From an uncultured Methanosarcinales archaeon (GTDB taxonomy: Archaea > Nanobdellota > Nanobdellia > Woesearchaeales > JAGVZT01): a DNA stretch of 46,213 nucleotides. Below the pieces are notes generated by a model that was not told where the DNA came from, searched no databases, and saw only the letters and a list, made by a program, of their open reading frames with translations. Location: assembly GCA_964419615.1 (NCBI GenBank), contig CAYQPU010000009.1:1-46213 (forward strand), read 5' to 3'. Numbering within the stretch: the stretch's first letter is position 1; each line of letters opens with the position of its first letter. Both the position numbers and the translations under genes were made by a program. This document shows, one piece after another, positions 10,119 through 16,841 of this stretch.

Positions 10119-10359
10119 GCTTTTCAAATACTTCTTCTCGAATTTTTTCCAATTCTTCATCAGTAGTTTGCCTGTTTGATGAACCTCTTAATTTTGCAAT
10201 TTGTACCATGGCCTCTTTTATTTTTACTTCTTCTACCTTTTCTCTCAATGCGCTTCTAATAAATTCAGTTCTGCTGTGATATTTTTTTTGTTTTACTATA
10301 CTGTCTATTTCTTTTAGAAATTTATCTTCAAGTTTGAACATGATTGCTTCTGTTGTCAT
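10111..10359 (-). CDS. Ribbon-helix-helix (CopG-like) antitoxin/regulator
   Basis: MTTEAIMFKLEDKFLKEIDSIVKQKKYHSRTEFIRSALREK; ATG 10359 lies 24 nt from the TATA box (leaderless). Confidence 0.85.
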   Translation of the reverse strand: MTTEAIMFKLEDKFLKEIDSIVKQKKYHSRTEFIRSALREKVEEVKIKEAMVQIAKLRGSSNRQTTDEELEKIREEVFEKLR

Positions 10360-10364
10360 ATGTA

Positions 10365-10390
10365 CATTGTATGTACAATGCATATATAAA
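10365..10390 (-). promoter_or_regulatory. Palindromic operator + TATA of the RHH gene
   Basis: CATTGTA-TG-TACAATG (10365-10380) between TTTATATA (10383-10390, minus) and the start codon. Confidence 0.7.
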
Positions 10391-10407
10391 TGTTTTTGTA
10401 GATGTTT

Positions 10408-10514
10408 CGGAAGATTAGTATATTTACTTTAGCAGAGCTTCCAGCAGGCATGTTCCTCGTGAAGAATTTAACTTATGTTTGATCTTAGCTTATGAGCTTT
10501 CTAGAACTTCCAGG
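10408..10514. repeat. Direct repeat copy 1 (~107 bp), containing a duplicate of the last codons (EVLESS*) of the 11404-12693 gene
   Basis: Core 10448-10511 matches 11362-11425 at 63/64 nt. Confidence 0.95.
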
Positions 10515-10630
10515 TTGTTTGATGTAACAAAAATGTTTATTTAAAACAGTTACTTCATCATATGTTAGATTATTTATAAAGAAGAAAAAACAAAATTATA
10601 AAAAGAAACGAGTTATACTATGAATCTTAT

Positions 10631-10900
10631 ATGAAAGCACAAAACAAAGGGCTTAGTTCCACCAAAGAATGTTATTTTTGTGGAGGAAAGCTTGTTGAGA
10701 AAGCAGAATTAATAATTGTAAATAAAAATTCCATAGTTTCCAAAGTGAAAAAATGTACTAAATGCAGTGAAGGAGTAGTCACACCACAAGAATATGAAAA
10801 AGTTAGGAAAGATATACATCCAGGTTTACTTACAAAGATTAAGAGGCTTTTCAAGCCAAAGATAGAATTTGTTGATTTATTTGATGGAAGACTTTTGTGA
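10631..10900 (+). CDS. YgiT/MqsA-type zinc-ribbon protein (candidate antitoxin)
   Basis: CYFCGGKL ... KKCTKCSEGVVTPQEYEK: two CxxC pairs; TATA TTTATAAA upstream. Confidence 0.75.
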   Translation: MKAQNKGLSSTKECYFCGGKLVEKAELIIVNKNSIVSKVKKCTKCSEGVVTPQEYEKVRKDIHPGLLTKIKRLFKPKIEFVDLFDGRLL

Positions 10901-11275
10901 GTAGATTCTGCCAATTCTGCTTCCTTTATTAAGAGGAGATACATGAATTATTAATAACTTCTTTTTGACAAGGATTCCAATAATAATCAATTTGGGATAT
11001 TTGTAGAGATTTTTCAATTTTTGTCTGATTTTATGAATGCAGTATATTCGTTTATGGCGCGGTTTGATTTCTGCGTATGATCTTTTAGAGAGTTTTCCTA
11101 AGGGGAATAATTCTTTTCCTAAGAAATATGTGCCTTTAAGCATCCATTCAACTATCATTTTTTGGTCCCAGTTGTAACCTTGTTTTATCATATCAATGAT
11201 GGAGTGCTGAGTAAACTCATATTTTCCTTGTTTTAATAATAGAATTATGTGATCTCTCTTTTTATTGTCTATCAT
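10877..11275 (-). CDS. DUF4258-like (RelE/BrnT-fold) candidate toxin
   Basis: YEFTQHSIIDM and LLIIHVSP resemble the DUF4258 FTxHA..M and C-terminal strand; neighbour is a YgiT zinc ribbon. Confidence 0.5.
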   Translation of the reverse strand: MIDNKKRDHIILLLKQGKYEFTQHSIIDMIKQGYNWDQKMIVEWMLKGTYFLGKELFPLGKLSKRSYAEIKPRHKRIYCIHKIRQKLKNLYKYPKLIIIGILVKKKLLIIHVSPLNKGSRIGRIYSQKSSIK

Positions 11276-11322
11276 TAATTAGGCATAGATTACAGGATTT
11301 AAAACATTTAGCTGAGATTCAC

Positions 11323-11428
11323 CGGAAGATTAGTTTATTATTTTAGCAGAAGTTCCACCAAGCATGTTCCTCGTGAAGAATTTAACTTATGTTTGATCTT
11401 GGCTTATGAGCTTTCTAGAACTTCCTGG
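11323..11428. repeat. Direct repeat copy 2 (~106 bp), overlapping the stop codon of the 11404-12693 gene
   Basis: CGGAAGATTAGT...GCATGTTCCTCGTGAAGAATTTAACTTATGTTTGATCTT(G/A)GCTTATGAGCTTTCTAGAACTTCC. Confidence 0.95.
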
Positions 11429-12693
11429 CCATTTGTTGAGTATGGTGTTTGTGGAGTTGAATCAAGAGGTATTGTACATGTTCCTGGTTTGTAGATGTAA
11501 TTAGGTGATCTTGCAATTATTATTTGTTTTTCAGCAGGTACACCAAATTTGTTAACTTTGTATCCTTGTGGTGTTTGAACTATTGTGTCTGGAGTTCTTG
11601 ATCTGTATGTTTTGTAGTATGTGTAGTACTTATAGCATTCTAGTGATCCATCTCCATCGTAATCTACTGCTATTTCTACATTGCTTCTTGAATAGTCTCC
11701 GTTTGAGTTTGTTCTAAATACTACTGTTTCTTGTGATGCTTGCTGCTGTACACATTGGTAATTGTCACATGTGTATCCGGTGTTACAATTAGTATCTTCT
11801 GTGCATGCTACTTCTGTGCATTGTGTGTTTAGGCATCTGTATCCTGATGAGCAGTCATTGTCTGTTGAGCATTGTGTTTGGACACATTTGTTGTCCTCGC
11901 ATTCATAGTTTACTCCGCACTGGTCATCTGATGTGCATTCATAACTTACACATTGTCCTTCAACACAATTGCTTTCACAGTCTTGGACTTGAGTTATTGT
12001 GTCATCATAAAAGCAGTTGGTATTACAGTAGTAATCTCTGTAGACTTGATAAACATCCCCACTGTCACAGTATTTTGTGCCTATGAATCCATCTGTGCCA
12101 CAGTCTTCATCTAAGTTACATTCTGATTCTGATGAACCACATATTGATGTTGCTTCACATAGGTTGTTAAATGATGAGAATGATAGCCAGGATTTTATCT
12201 GGGCTAAGTCTGATTGTATTGAATCTAAGGTTGCCTGGACTGCGTCTTTCCAAGCTTTTAGTATTGATATGTCTGAATCTGCTGATGTTTTCCATGCTTC
12301 TAGTGCTGCTAATCTTGCTTCTATTTCTGGATCTGTTGTTTGAGGTTCTTGTTCTGGTTCATCATCAATACCATCACATGCATCCCCTATCCCATCTTGG
12401 TTTAGATCTTCTTGGAGTCTGTTCCAATGGTTAGGACAGCTGTCTTGATCATCAAGTATTCCATCAAAGTCTTGATCATTGTCTGCGTTTCTTGTGCATT
12501 GCTCTTCAGTACAGTATGCCCATCTTGTTGAATAACCTGAATCTGTTAAACATAGTGTACAGCTTTCAGCAGGACATGTGTAAGTGTTATCTCTTAATGT
12601 ATCACCTTTACTCATACATGCCCAATAATATGCATTTACTGAGAAAGATAATAGGAAGAAAACAATGATTGGAATCAAGATCTTTTTTTTCAT
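11404..12693 (-). CDS. Secreted protein: Cys-rich N-domain, TSP3 repeat, coiled coil, Cys-rich C-x4-DC repeats, Tyr-rich C-terminal domain
   Basis: Signal peptide MKKKILIPIIVFFLLSFSVNA; DQDFDGILDDQDSCPNHWNRLQEDLNQDGIGDACD; LAALEAWK..ISILKAWK heptads; ECTSDDQC/QCSTDNDC/ACTEDTNC repeats. Confidence 0.9.
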   Translation of the reverse strand: MKKKILIPIIVFFLLSFSVNAYYWACMSKGDTLRDNTYTCPAESCTLCLTDSGYSTRWAYCTEEQCTRNADNDQDFDGILDDQDSCPNHWNRLQEDLNQDGIGDACDGIDDEPEQEPQTTDPEIEARLAALEAWKTSADSDISILKAWKDAVQATLDSIQSDLAQIKSWLSFSSFNNLCEATSICGSSESECNLDEDCGTDGFIGTKYCDSGDVYQVYRDYYCNTNCFYDDTITQVQDCESNCVEGQCVSYECTSDDQCGVNYECEDNKCVQTQCSTDNDCSSGYRCLNTQCTEVACTEDTNCNTGYTCDNYQCVQQQASQETVVFRTNSNGDYSRSNVEIAVDYDGDGSLECYKYYTYYKTYRSRTPDTIVQTPQGYKVNKFGVPAEKQIIIARSPNYIYKPGTCTIPLDSTPQTPYSTNGQEVLESS

Positions 12694-12748
12694 TTTGTTT
12701 TTTTTGATTTCATAGGTTTCAGAGTAAAACCTTGCAATAATAAATTGA

Positions 12749-12900
12749 TGATTAGGATCACAGGTCCTAAAGCAAAACCCTGTGCTCCTCGATTTAGTAA
12801 ACTCGTGATTGGGATCACAGGTCTCTACGGTGTTGGTCTGGGGTGGAGAACAGTTTACAGCAGGCTGTAAGTAAAAAGCTCTCTAGCAGAGACCTGTGAT
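12749..12900. repeat. Nested direct and inverted repeats (two tandem hairpins opened by ATCACAGG)
   Basis: Direct repeat TGATT(A/G)GGATCACAGGTC at 12749-12766 and 12806-12823; perfect 13-bp IR 12814-12826 / 12888-12900; CACAGG/CCTGTG 12759-12764 / 12779-12784; inner TTACAG/CTGTAA. Confidence 0.8.
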
Positions 12901-12979
12901 TAATGAATATGATTTTTTTGACATAGAATCTTTTAGTTCTACCTCATTTTTTGTTGGTCTTATTTTGTTTTTTCTGGTT

Positions 12980-13011
12980 TGTCAAAAACCACATTTTATG
13001 ATTTTTTGACA
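12980..13011. promoter_or_regulatory. Operator-like palindrome TGTCAAAAA-N14-TTTTTGACA
   Basis: Perfect 9-bp IR; a third half-site TTTTTGACA at 12915-12923. Confidence 0.5.
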
Positions 13012-13158
13012 TTTTGTTAAGCAATCTTCAACACCAATTAGTGCTTGATATTCAAAATCCAGCTTGCAACAGGTATGTTTTTGAACACACAAAACCCCAA
13101 GTGAATTTTGGTTTGTTCTTGCCTTGCCATTTATCTAAGATAAGTGGGCTTTTGTTGT

Positions 13159-13178
13159 AAAAAAAAAAAAATAAAAAA
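13159..13178 (-). terminator. Oligo(dT) terminator of the 13191-14279 gene
   Basis: Minus strand T6-A-T13 starting about 12 nt after the stop codon. Confidence 0.75.
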
Positions 13179-13190
13179 TTTAATTCGTCC

Positions 13191-14279
13191 TTAGACAGCT
13201 TCTCCCCAGAAGAAAATGCTTCCATCTGTGAAGTCCCCATTACATGGCTCTGGCAACATTAGTCTAAAGGTTACTGACATTTCTGCTCCAGGAGATAAAA
13301 CATTTCCTGAGTAGTATCCTTGAACATCTGCTGCTGGTGCCTGTAATACTTCAGCGTCAGCGTACAAAGCTGTACTGAAATAGTCACCATATTCAATGTT
13401 CATGTAGTCTTCTGCATCTTGTGCTCTTACTACACCAACAGTGTTGGTCAATGCATCAGTTGCTGAACTGTATGCTCCACTTGTTGCATGGTACCTTAAG
13501 TTGCTTAAGGATAACTGGTTAGTTGTAGGACACTTTGCACCGGAGTGTGCAGGATCTGTAAAATCAGTTCCTGTGATGAACATATCCATCATTACACCGG
13601 ATCCAGGTGTTGCTCCATTACCAACAGTGATTGTTGGTGAATAAGCTGCGGTACCAGGTCTAACTGTTCCAAAGCTCAGTGAACCTGATAAAGTTACTGC
13701 TACAACTGGGTTTAAGTACCAGTATTCATTCTCGTCTGCTGATGCCAACTGACCATCTAGGTCTTCTACATTTGATGTTATCCAGAATTCACCTAACATT
13801 GAAGTTGGGCTTTCAACTGTTAACAAACAAGTGTAGTAAGCCATTGTGTTTCCATCAAATACTGTTAACTCTTCTTCGCCAATTCTTGCATTACATGATG
13901 CATTGATTTCGGCATGAGTTACTGTTGAAAGGTCACAATTTGCTTCAATCTCTGAACCATTTGCTTGAGTTCCACCAACAGTTACAAAAACATCTTTGAT
14001 TTTTTCAACTCCGTTTTTGTCCATTACAAGAACTTCCCACCCAATTTGCTCTCCTTCAAAAGCATAATTGTGGTCTCTCTCTACAAGAGATGCTCCTCCC
14101 GCAGATGTTCTTCCTGATTCTACGTGGTCATCCAATACAACTCTACTATCACATTGCCAGATTAAAGGCTCAAAGTCTTCAGTCTCGATTGTGATTCCCA
14201 AGCTACTTCCTGTGTCTATTGCTAATGCCATTGGCAAAACAAGTGCCATTGCCATTAAAATTGCTAATAGCTTTTTCAT
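13191..14279 (-). CDS. Secreted protein of an unnamed family (putative major filament/S-layer subunit, paralog 1, 362 aa)
   Basis: ATG 14279 with strong SD AGGAGG; signal peptide MKKLLAILMAMALVLPMALA; mature N-terminus IDTGSSLGITIETEDFEP; ends FFWGEAV; no TM anchor. Confidence 0.92.
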   Translation of the reverse strand: MKKLLAILMAMALVLPMALAIDTGSSLGITIETEDFEPLIWQCDSRVVLDDHVESGRTSAGGASLVERDHNYAFEGEQIGWEVLVMDKNGVEKIKDVFVTVGGTQANGSEIEANCDLSTVTHAEINASCNARIGEEELTVFDGNTMAYYTCLLTVESPTSMLGEFWITSNVEDLDGQLASADENEYWYLNPVVAVTLSGSLSFGTVRPGTAAYSPTITVGNGATPGSGVMMDMFITGTDFTDPAHSGAKCPTTNQLSLSNLRYHATSGAYSSATDALTNTVGVVRAQDAEDYMNIEYGDYFSTALYADAEVLQAPAADVQGYYSGNVLSPGAEMSVTFRLMLPEPCNGDFTDGSIFFWGEAV

Positions 14280-14312
14280 TTTTCTTTTCCTCCTTCTAAT
14301 TGTTTGTTTATT

Positions 14313-14420
14313 ATTCCAGCCACGAGCTGGAATGTCGTGGCAGTTGAATTGACTCAACCAACCACCCCCCCTACGTTGAAATAGGGCCTATTCCAACAAA
14401 CCAAGGGTTTGATTTGTTGG
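14313..14420 (-). promoter_or_regulatory. Structured 5' leader (several hairpins) of the 13191-14279 gene
   Basis: ATTCCAGC/GCTGGAAT (14313-14333), GTTGA/TCAAC, AATAGG/CCTATT, CCAACAAA/TTTGTTGG (14393-14420). Confidence 0.5.
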
Positions 14421-14458
14421 GCCATGAATAACATGACTATGAATATAGCTAAGGCTAA

Positions 14459-14506
14459 TTAGTCTAATAATGCGAAAATATCCTCCCCTCTCACATGTCG
14501 AAACAT
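14459..14506 (-). other. Candidate upstream ORF / leader peptide MFRHVRGEDIFALLD*
   Basis: ATG preceded by SD-like GAGGGGT; the same frame continues after TAA as hydrophobic LALAIFIVMLFMAQQ... to TGA at 14354. Confidence 0.35.
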
Positions 14507-14590
14507 ATTACCCCTCGCCAACACTAACATTCTTTTGTTGCTCCCCTTCATGAGCAATAACTTGTATTTTCTATTGAAACGTAGTACAAG

Positions 14591-14610
14591 ATATAAATAC
14601 TTTATTGTAG
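14591..14610 (-). promoter_or_regulatory. Candidate promoter of the 13191-14279 gene
   Basis: Minus strand CTACAATAAAGT-ATTTATAT, similar to the giant-gene promoter. Confidence 0.45.
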
Positions 14611-14766
14611 TCCAATCTATATACAATATCACCGAAAAGCAGTATCCCTACTGTGTTGAGACAAATTGCTTTTTAGCCCTTATATCCTCTATAAAATACG
14701 TTTTCAGAGAAATTCAACATCTATAGGTTATGACAGGGTGCATTTTTAAAGAGGGTAGTGGAAATG

Positions 14767-15192
14767 CTAAAAATCAACCAAAATTATCTCTGCTTTCTCT
14801 ACAAACCTTTTTGCAAAAGATAAACTCTGTATTGCATCTTGTTTTGAAACAGGTGCAGCAGTATAAACTGAGTTATTTCTCAGTTTCCTTAGTCTGTCAA
14901 ACTCCCAGACTTCCAAAGAAAACTCGGAAGAATAATATTCATTAATAAAACTGACAGTGGCCTTATGAGAATATGGTTTGAATCCATTCAAAGACATTAG
15001 AGATTGGGCAGATTCCCTTACAGATTCATAAGAATCTTCTAAAACAAAAGGTGCTGTTTTGCTATTAATCTCTTTAATAGAAATATACTCAAGCCTTTGT
15101 TTTGATCTATTTAAAAGAGATCTTGCCTCTTTTGGATCAGGAGTATTTTTCCTGACTTTTCCCTGTTCAATAAAAACTTTGAAAGGTATCAT
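14767..15192 (-). CDS. HEPN-domain protein (HEPN/MNT module)
   Basis: YESVRESAQSLM..GFKPYSH, RKLRNNSVY; start overlaps the stop of the upstream MNT gene. Confidence 0.85.
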   Translation of the reverse strand: MIPFKVFIEQGKVRKNTPDPKEARSLLNRSKQRLEYISIKEINSKTAPFVLEDSYESVRESAQSLMSLNGFKPYSHKATVSFINEYYSSEFSLEVWEFDRLRKLRNNSVYTAAPVSKQDAIQSLSFAKRFVEKAEIILVDF

Positions 15193-15719
15193 TTAATATC
15201 AATATAGCCGTAAAGCACAATTCCATTTGCAACTGCATTCTGAAATTCTGCTGAGCTTTTTTCTAAAGATACCTCATGCAGGTTAATTGTCCTATTTAAC
15301 TTCTTCTCGTACTTAACCAAAAACTTTCCGGCTTTAACAAAACCAATAATAAGAATATCAATATCACTTTTTTTTATATCTTCTCCCCTTGATGCTGAAC
15401 CAAAGAGAACAATTGCTTTAGGATTATTTTCAGACAACTCTTCAACAAGACCTTTAAGTTGATGTAGATTGTATAATCGCTTGTAATAATTATAAGAAGA
15501 GGATCCAAGATCAGCTTTGATATTGGTTGTTAGTTTTGTCTTCTCAACCTCAATAATCTTGTTTTTATGAAGAATATCTACAGCTTTGACTATTGCTGTG
15601 GTCGATAGACCTGCTTTTCTTTCAAGCCTTCTAATGTAAAATACATCAGTAGGATTGTTAAATATAATCTGTGCAACCTTGTATGTTGAATCAGTAAAAC
15701 TGTTTTTTCCATATAGCAT
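15189..15719 (-). CDS. wHTH + minimal nucleotidyltransferase (MNT antitoxin)
   Basis: FYIRRLERKAGLSTTAI helix-turn-helix; IVLFGSASRGEDIKKSDIDILII (GS..G..DxD). Confidence 0.9.
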   Translation of the reverse strand: MLYGKNSFTDSTYKVAQIIFNNPTDVFYIRRLERKAGLSTTAIVKAVDILHKNKIIEVEKTKLTTNIKADLGSSSYNYYKRLYNLHQLKGLVEELSENNPKAIVLFGSASRGEDIKKSDIDILIIGFVKAGKFLVKYEKKLNRTINLHEVSLEKSSAEFQNAVANGIVLYGYIDIK

Positions 15720-15799
15720 GTGTATTTTAAAAATAACAACTGTTATTTAAAAGTTACGGTGATAAAAAGTAATATAAATCAGGCAGAATTAGACACAAT

Positions 15800-16009
15800 A
15801 TGGAAATAACTTATGATAAGGAAGCAGATGCAATGTATATTAAATTAAGGAACTCTGAAGTTGATCACACAAAGGAGCTTGATGAGAATACCATTATTGA
15901 TTTTGACAAGGCAAGAAAGGTGATTGGTGTGGAGTTATTGTTTGTAAAAGAGAATAATCCTGATTTGTTAAAAGAATTTAAAATTGAAAATCTATGCCTA
16001 ACAAAGTAA
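15800..16009 (+). CDS. DUF2283 family protein
   Basis: MEITYDKEADAMYIKL...IIDFDK..KVIGVELL. Confidence 0.9.
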   Translation: MEITYDKEADAMYIKLRNSEVDHTKELDENTIIDFDKARKVIGVELLFVKENNPDLLKEFKIENLCLTK

Positions 16010-16016
16010 CATAAAA

Positions 16017-16229
16017 ATGACTAAATTGCATATACACTATGATGCTCAAGGAGATTTTTTAGAAGTAAGATTCGGAAAACCAAAACCATCTTATTTCAAA
16101 GATCTTGGGAAGGACACTTTTGAAAGAAGAGATGAGGAAACTAACAAGTTAATAGGATATGCTTTTTTTAATGTCAAGAAAAGAAAAATTCCTCAAGATA
16201 TTGAAGTTGATCTGTCTGCTATGGCTTAA
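16017..16229 (+). CDS. DUF2283-like protein (second, divergent copy)
   Basis: IHYDAQGDFLEVRFG...RRDEETNKLIGYAFFN. Confidence 0.75.
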   Translation: MTKLHIHYDAQGDFLEVRFGKPKPSYFKDLGKDTFERRDEETNKLIGYAFFNVKKRKIPQDIEVDLSAMA

Positions 16230-16273
16230 CTCATAAAAGAAGATTTATTAATTAGAATAATAAGTACGATATT

Positions 16274-16594
16274 ATGAACGTTTTATTTATCTGTAATCAG
16301 AACCAGAACAGAAGCAAAACAGCCGAAAGAATCTTTAAAAACAGATTCAACACAAGATCTGCTGGACTTTATAACAACAGTCCTGTTACTAAAGAACAAA
16401 TTAATTGGTCTGATATTATTGTAGTAATGGAAGAACCTCAACGTAAAGAGATTTCCATCAGATACCCAAAGCAATATCTACAAAAAAGAATACTATGTTT
16501 GAATATTCAAGATATTTACCACTATAATCAACCAGAACTTGTTGAAATACTAAATACCCGAATTAATCAATTATTTGAACCATTTGTTAAATAG
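16274..16594 (+). CDS. Small low-molecular-weight protein-tyrosine-phosphatase-like protein (COG4551-like)
   Basis: VLFICNQNQNRS = CX5R(S) P-loop; TRSAG; WSDIIVVME. Confidence 0.88.
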   Translation: MNVLFICNQNQNRSKTAERIFKNRFNTRSAGLYNNSPVTKEQINWSDIIVVMEEPQRKEISIRYPKQYLQKRILCLNIQDIYHYNQPELVEILNTRINQLFEPFVK

Positions 16595-16753
16595 TTCTAT
16601 TGCTTTTTCCTTGTCTCTAAACATCTTTGTTTCAATAACAGACATGTCTGGAATGTGTCTTGTTACTTTATATAAAACACCAATACTGTTTTGAAGTTCA
16701 CTTATGCTAACTTCCCATGTTTTAGTAGAACCTTTCTTTGATTTCACCATCAA
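16571..16753 (-). CDS. Small hypothetical protein
   Basis: 60-aa ORF with protein-like composition; SD-like GGTGA at the start; convergent overlap with the phosphatase. Confidence 0.6.
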   Translation of the reverse strand: MMVKSKKGSTKTWEVSISELQNSIGVLYKVTRHIPDMSVIETKMFRDKEKAIELFNKWFK

Positions 16754-16841
16754 GATTGAACCAAACTGTTTAATAGAATTTAGCTAAGTAAATTCGAAAG
16801 GTTTCCGGGAATCATCACAAGGAATCATATCTCAAGTTAAT

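Noticed and set aside
10672-10944. 90-aa minus ORF as the co-oriented partner of the DUF4258-like gene
   Set aside because: It is antisense to the zinc-ribbon ORF, which has both CxxC motifs and a TATA box; its sequence looks non-coding
11362-11425. Integron attC site
   Set aside because: A GTTAAAT (GTTRRRY) is present, but there is no matching R'' box with a long palindromic spacer and no IntI
10408-11428. DGR template/variable repeat pair (DPANN often carry DGRs)
   Set aside because: Mismatches are not adenine-specific on either strand, most of the repeat is downstream of the stop codon, and there is no RT or Avd in the window
12749-12900. CRISPR array or IS200/IS605 omega-RNA
   Set aside because: Only two direct copies, with no regular spacer series; no cas, tnpA, tnpB or iscB ORF adjacent
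13052-13240. 62-aa minus ORF
   Set aside because: Out-of-frame overlap with the subunit gene and runs through the poly-T terminator
8382-14279. Type IV pilin/archaellin or hamus protein call
   Set aside because: The signal peptides are class I (cleaved after Ala), with no class III motif, and I have no recognisable hamus signature to support the name
14535-14945. Two short + ORFs
   Set aside because: They overlap a promoter region and the HEPN gene in antisense; no motifs
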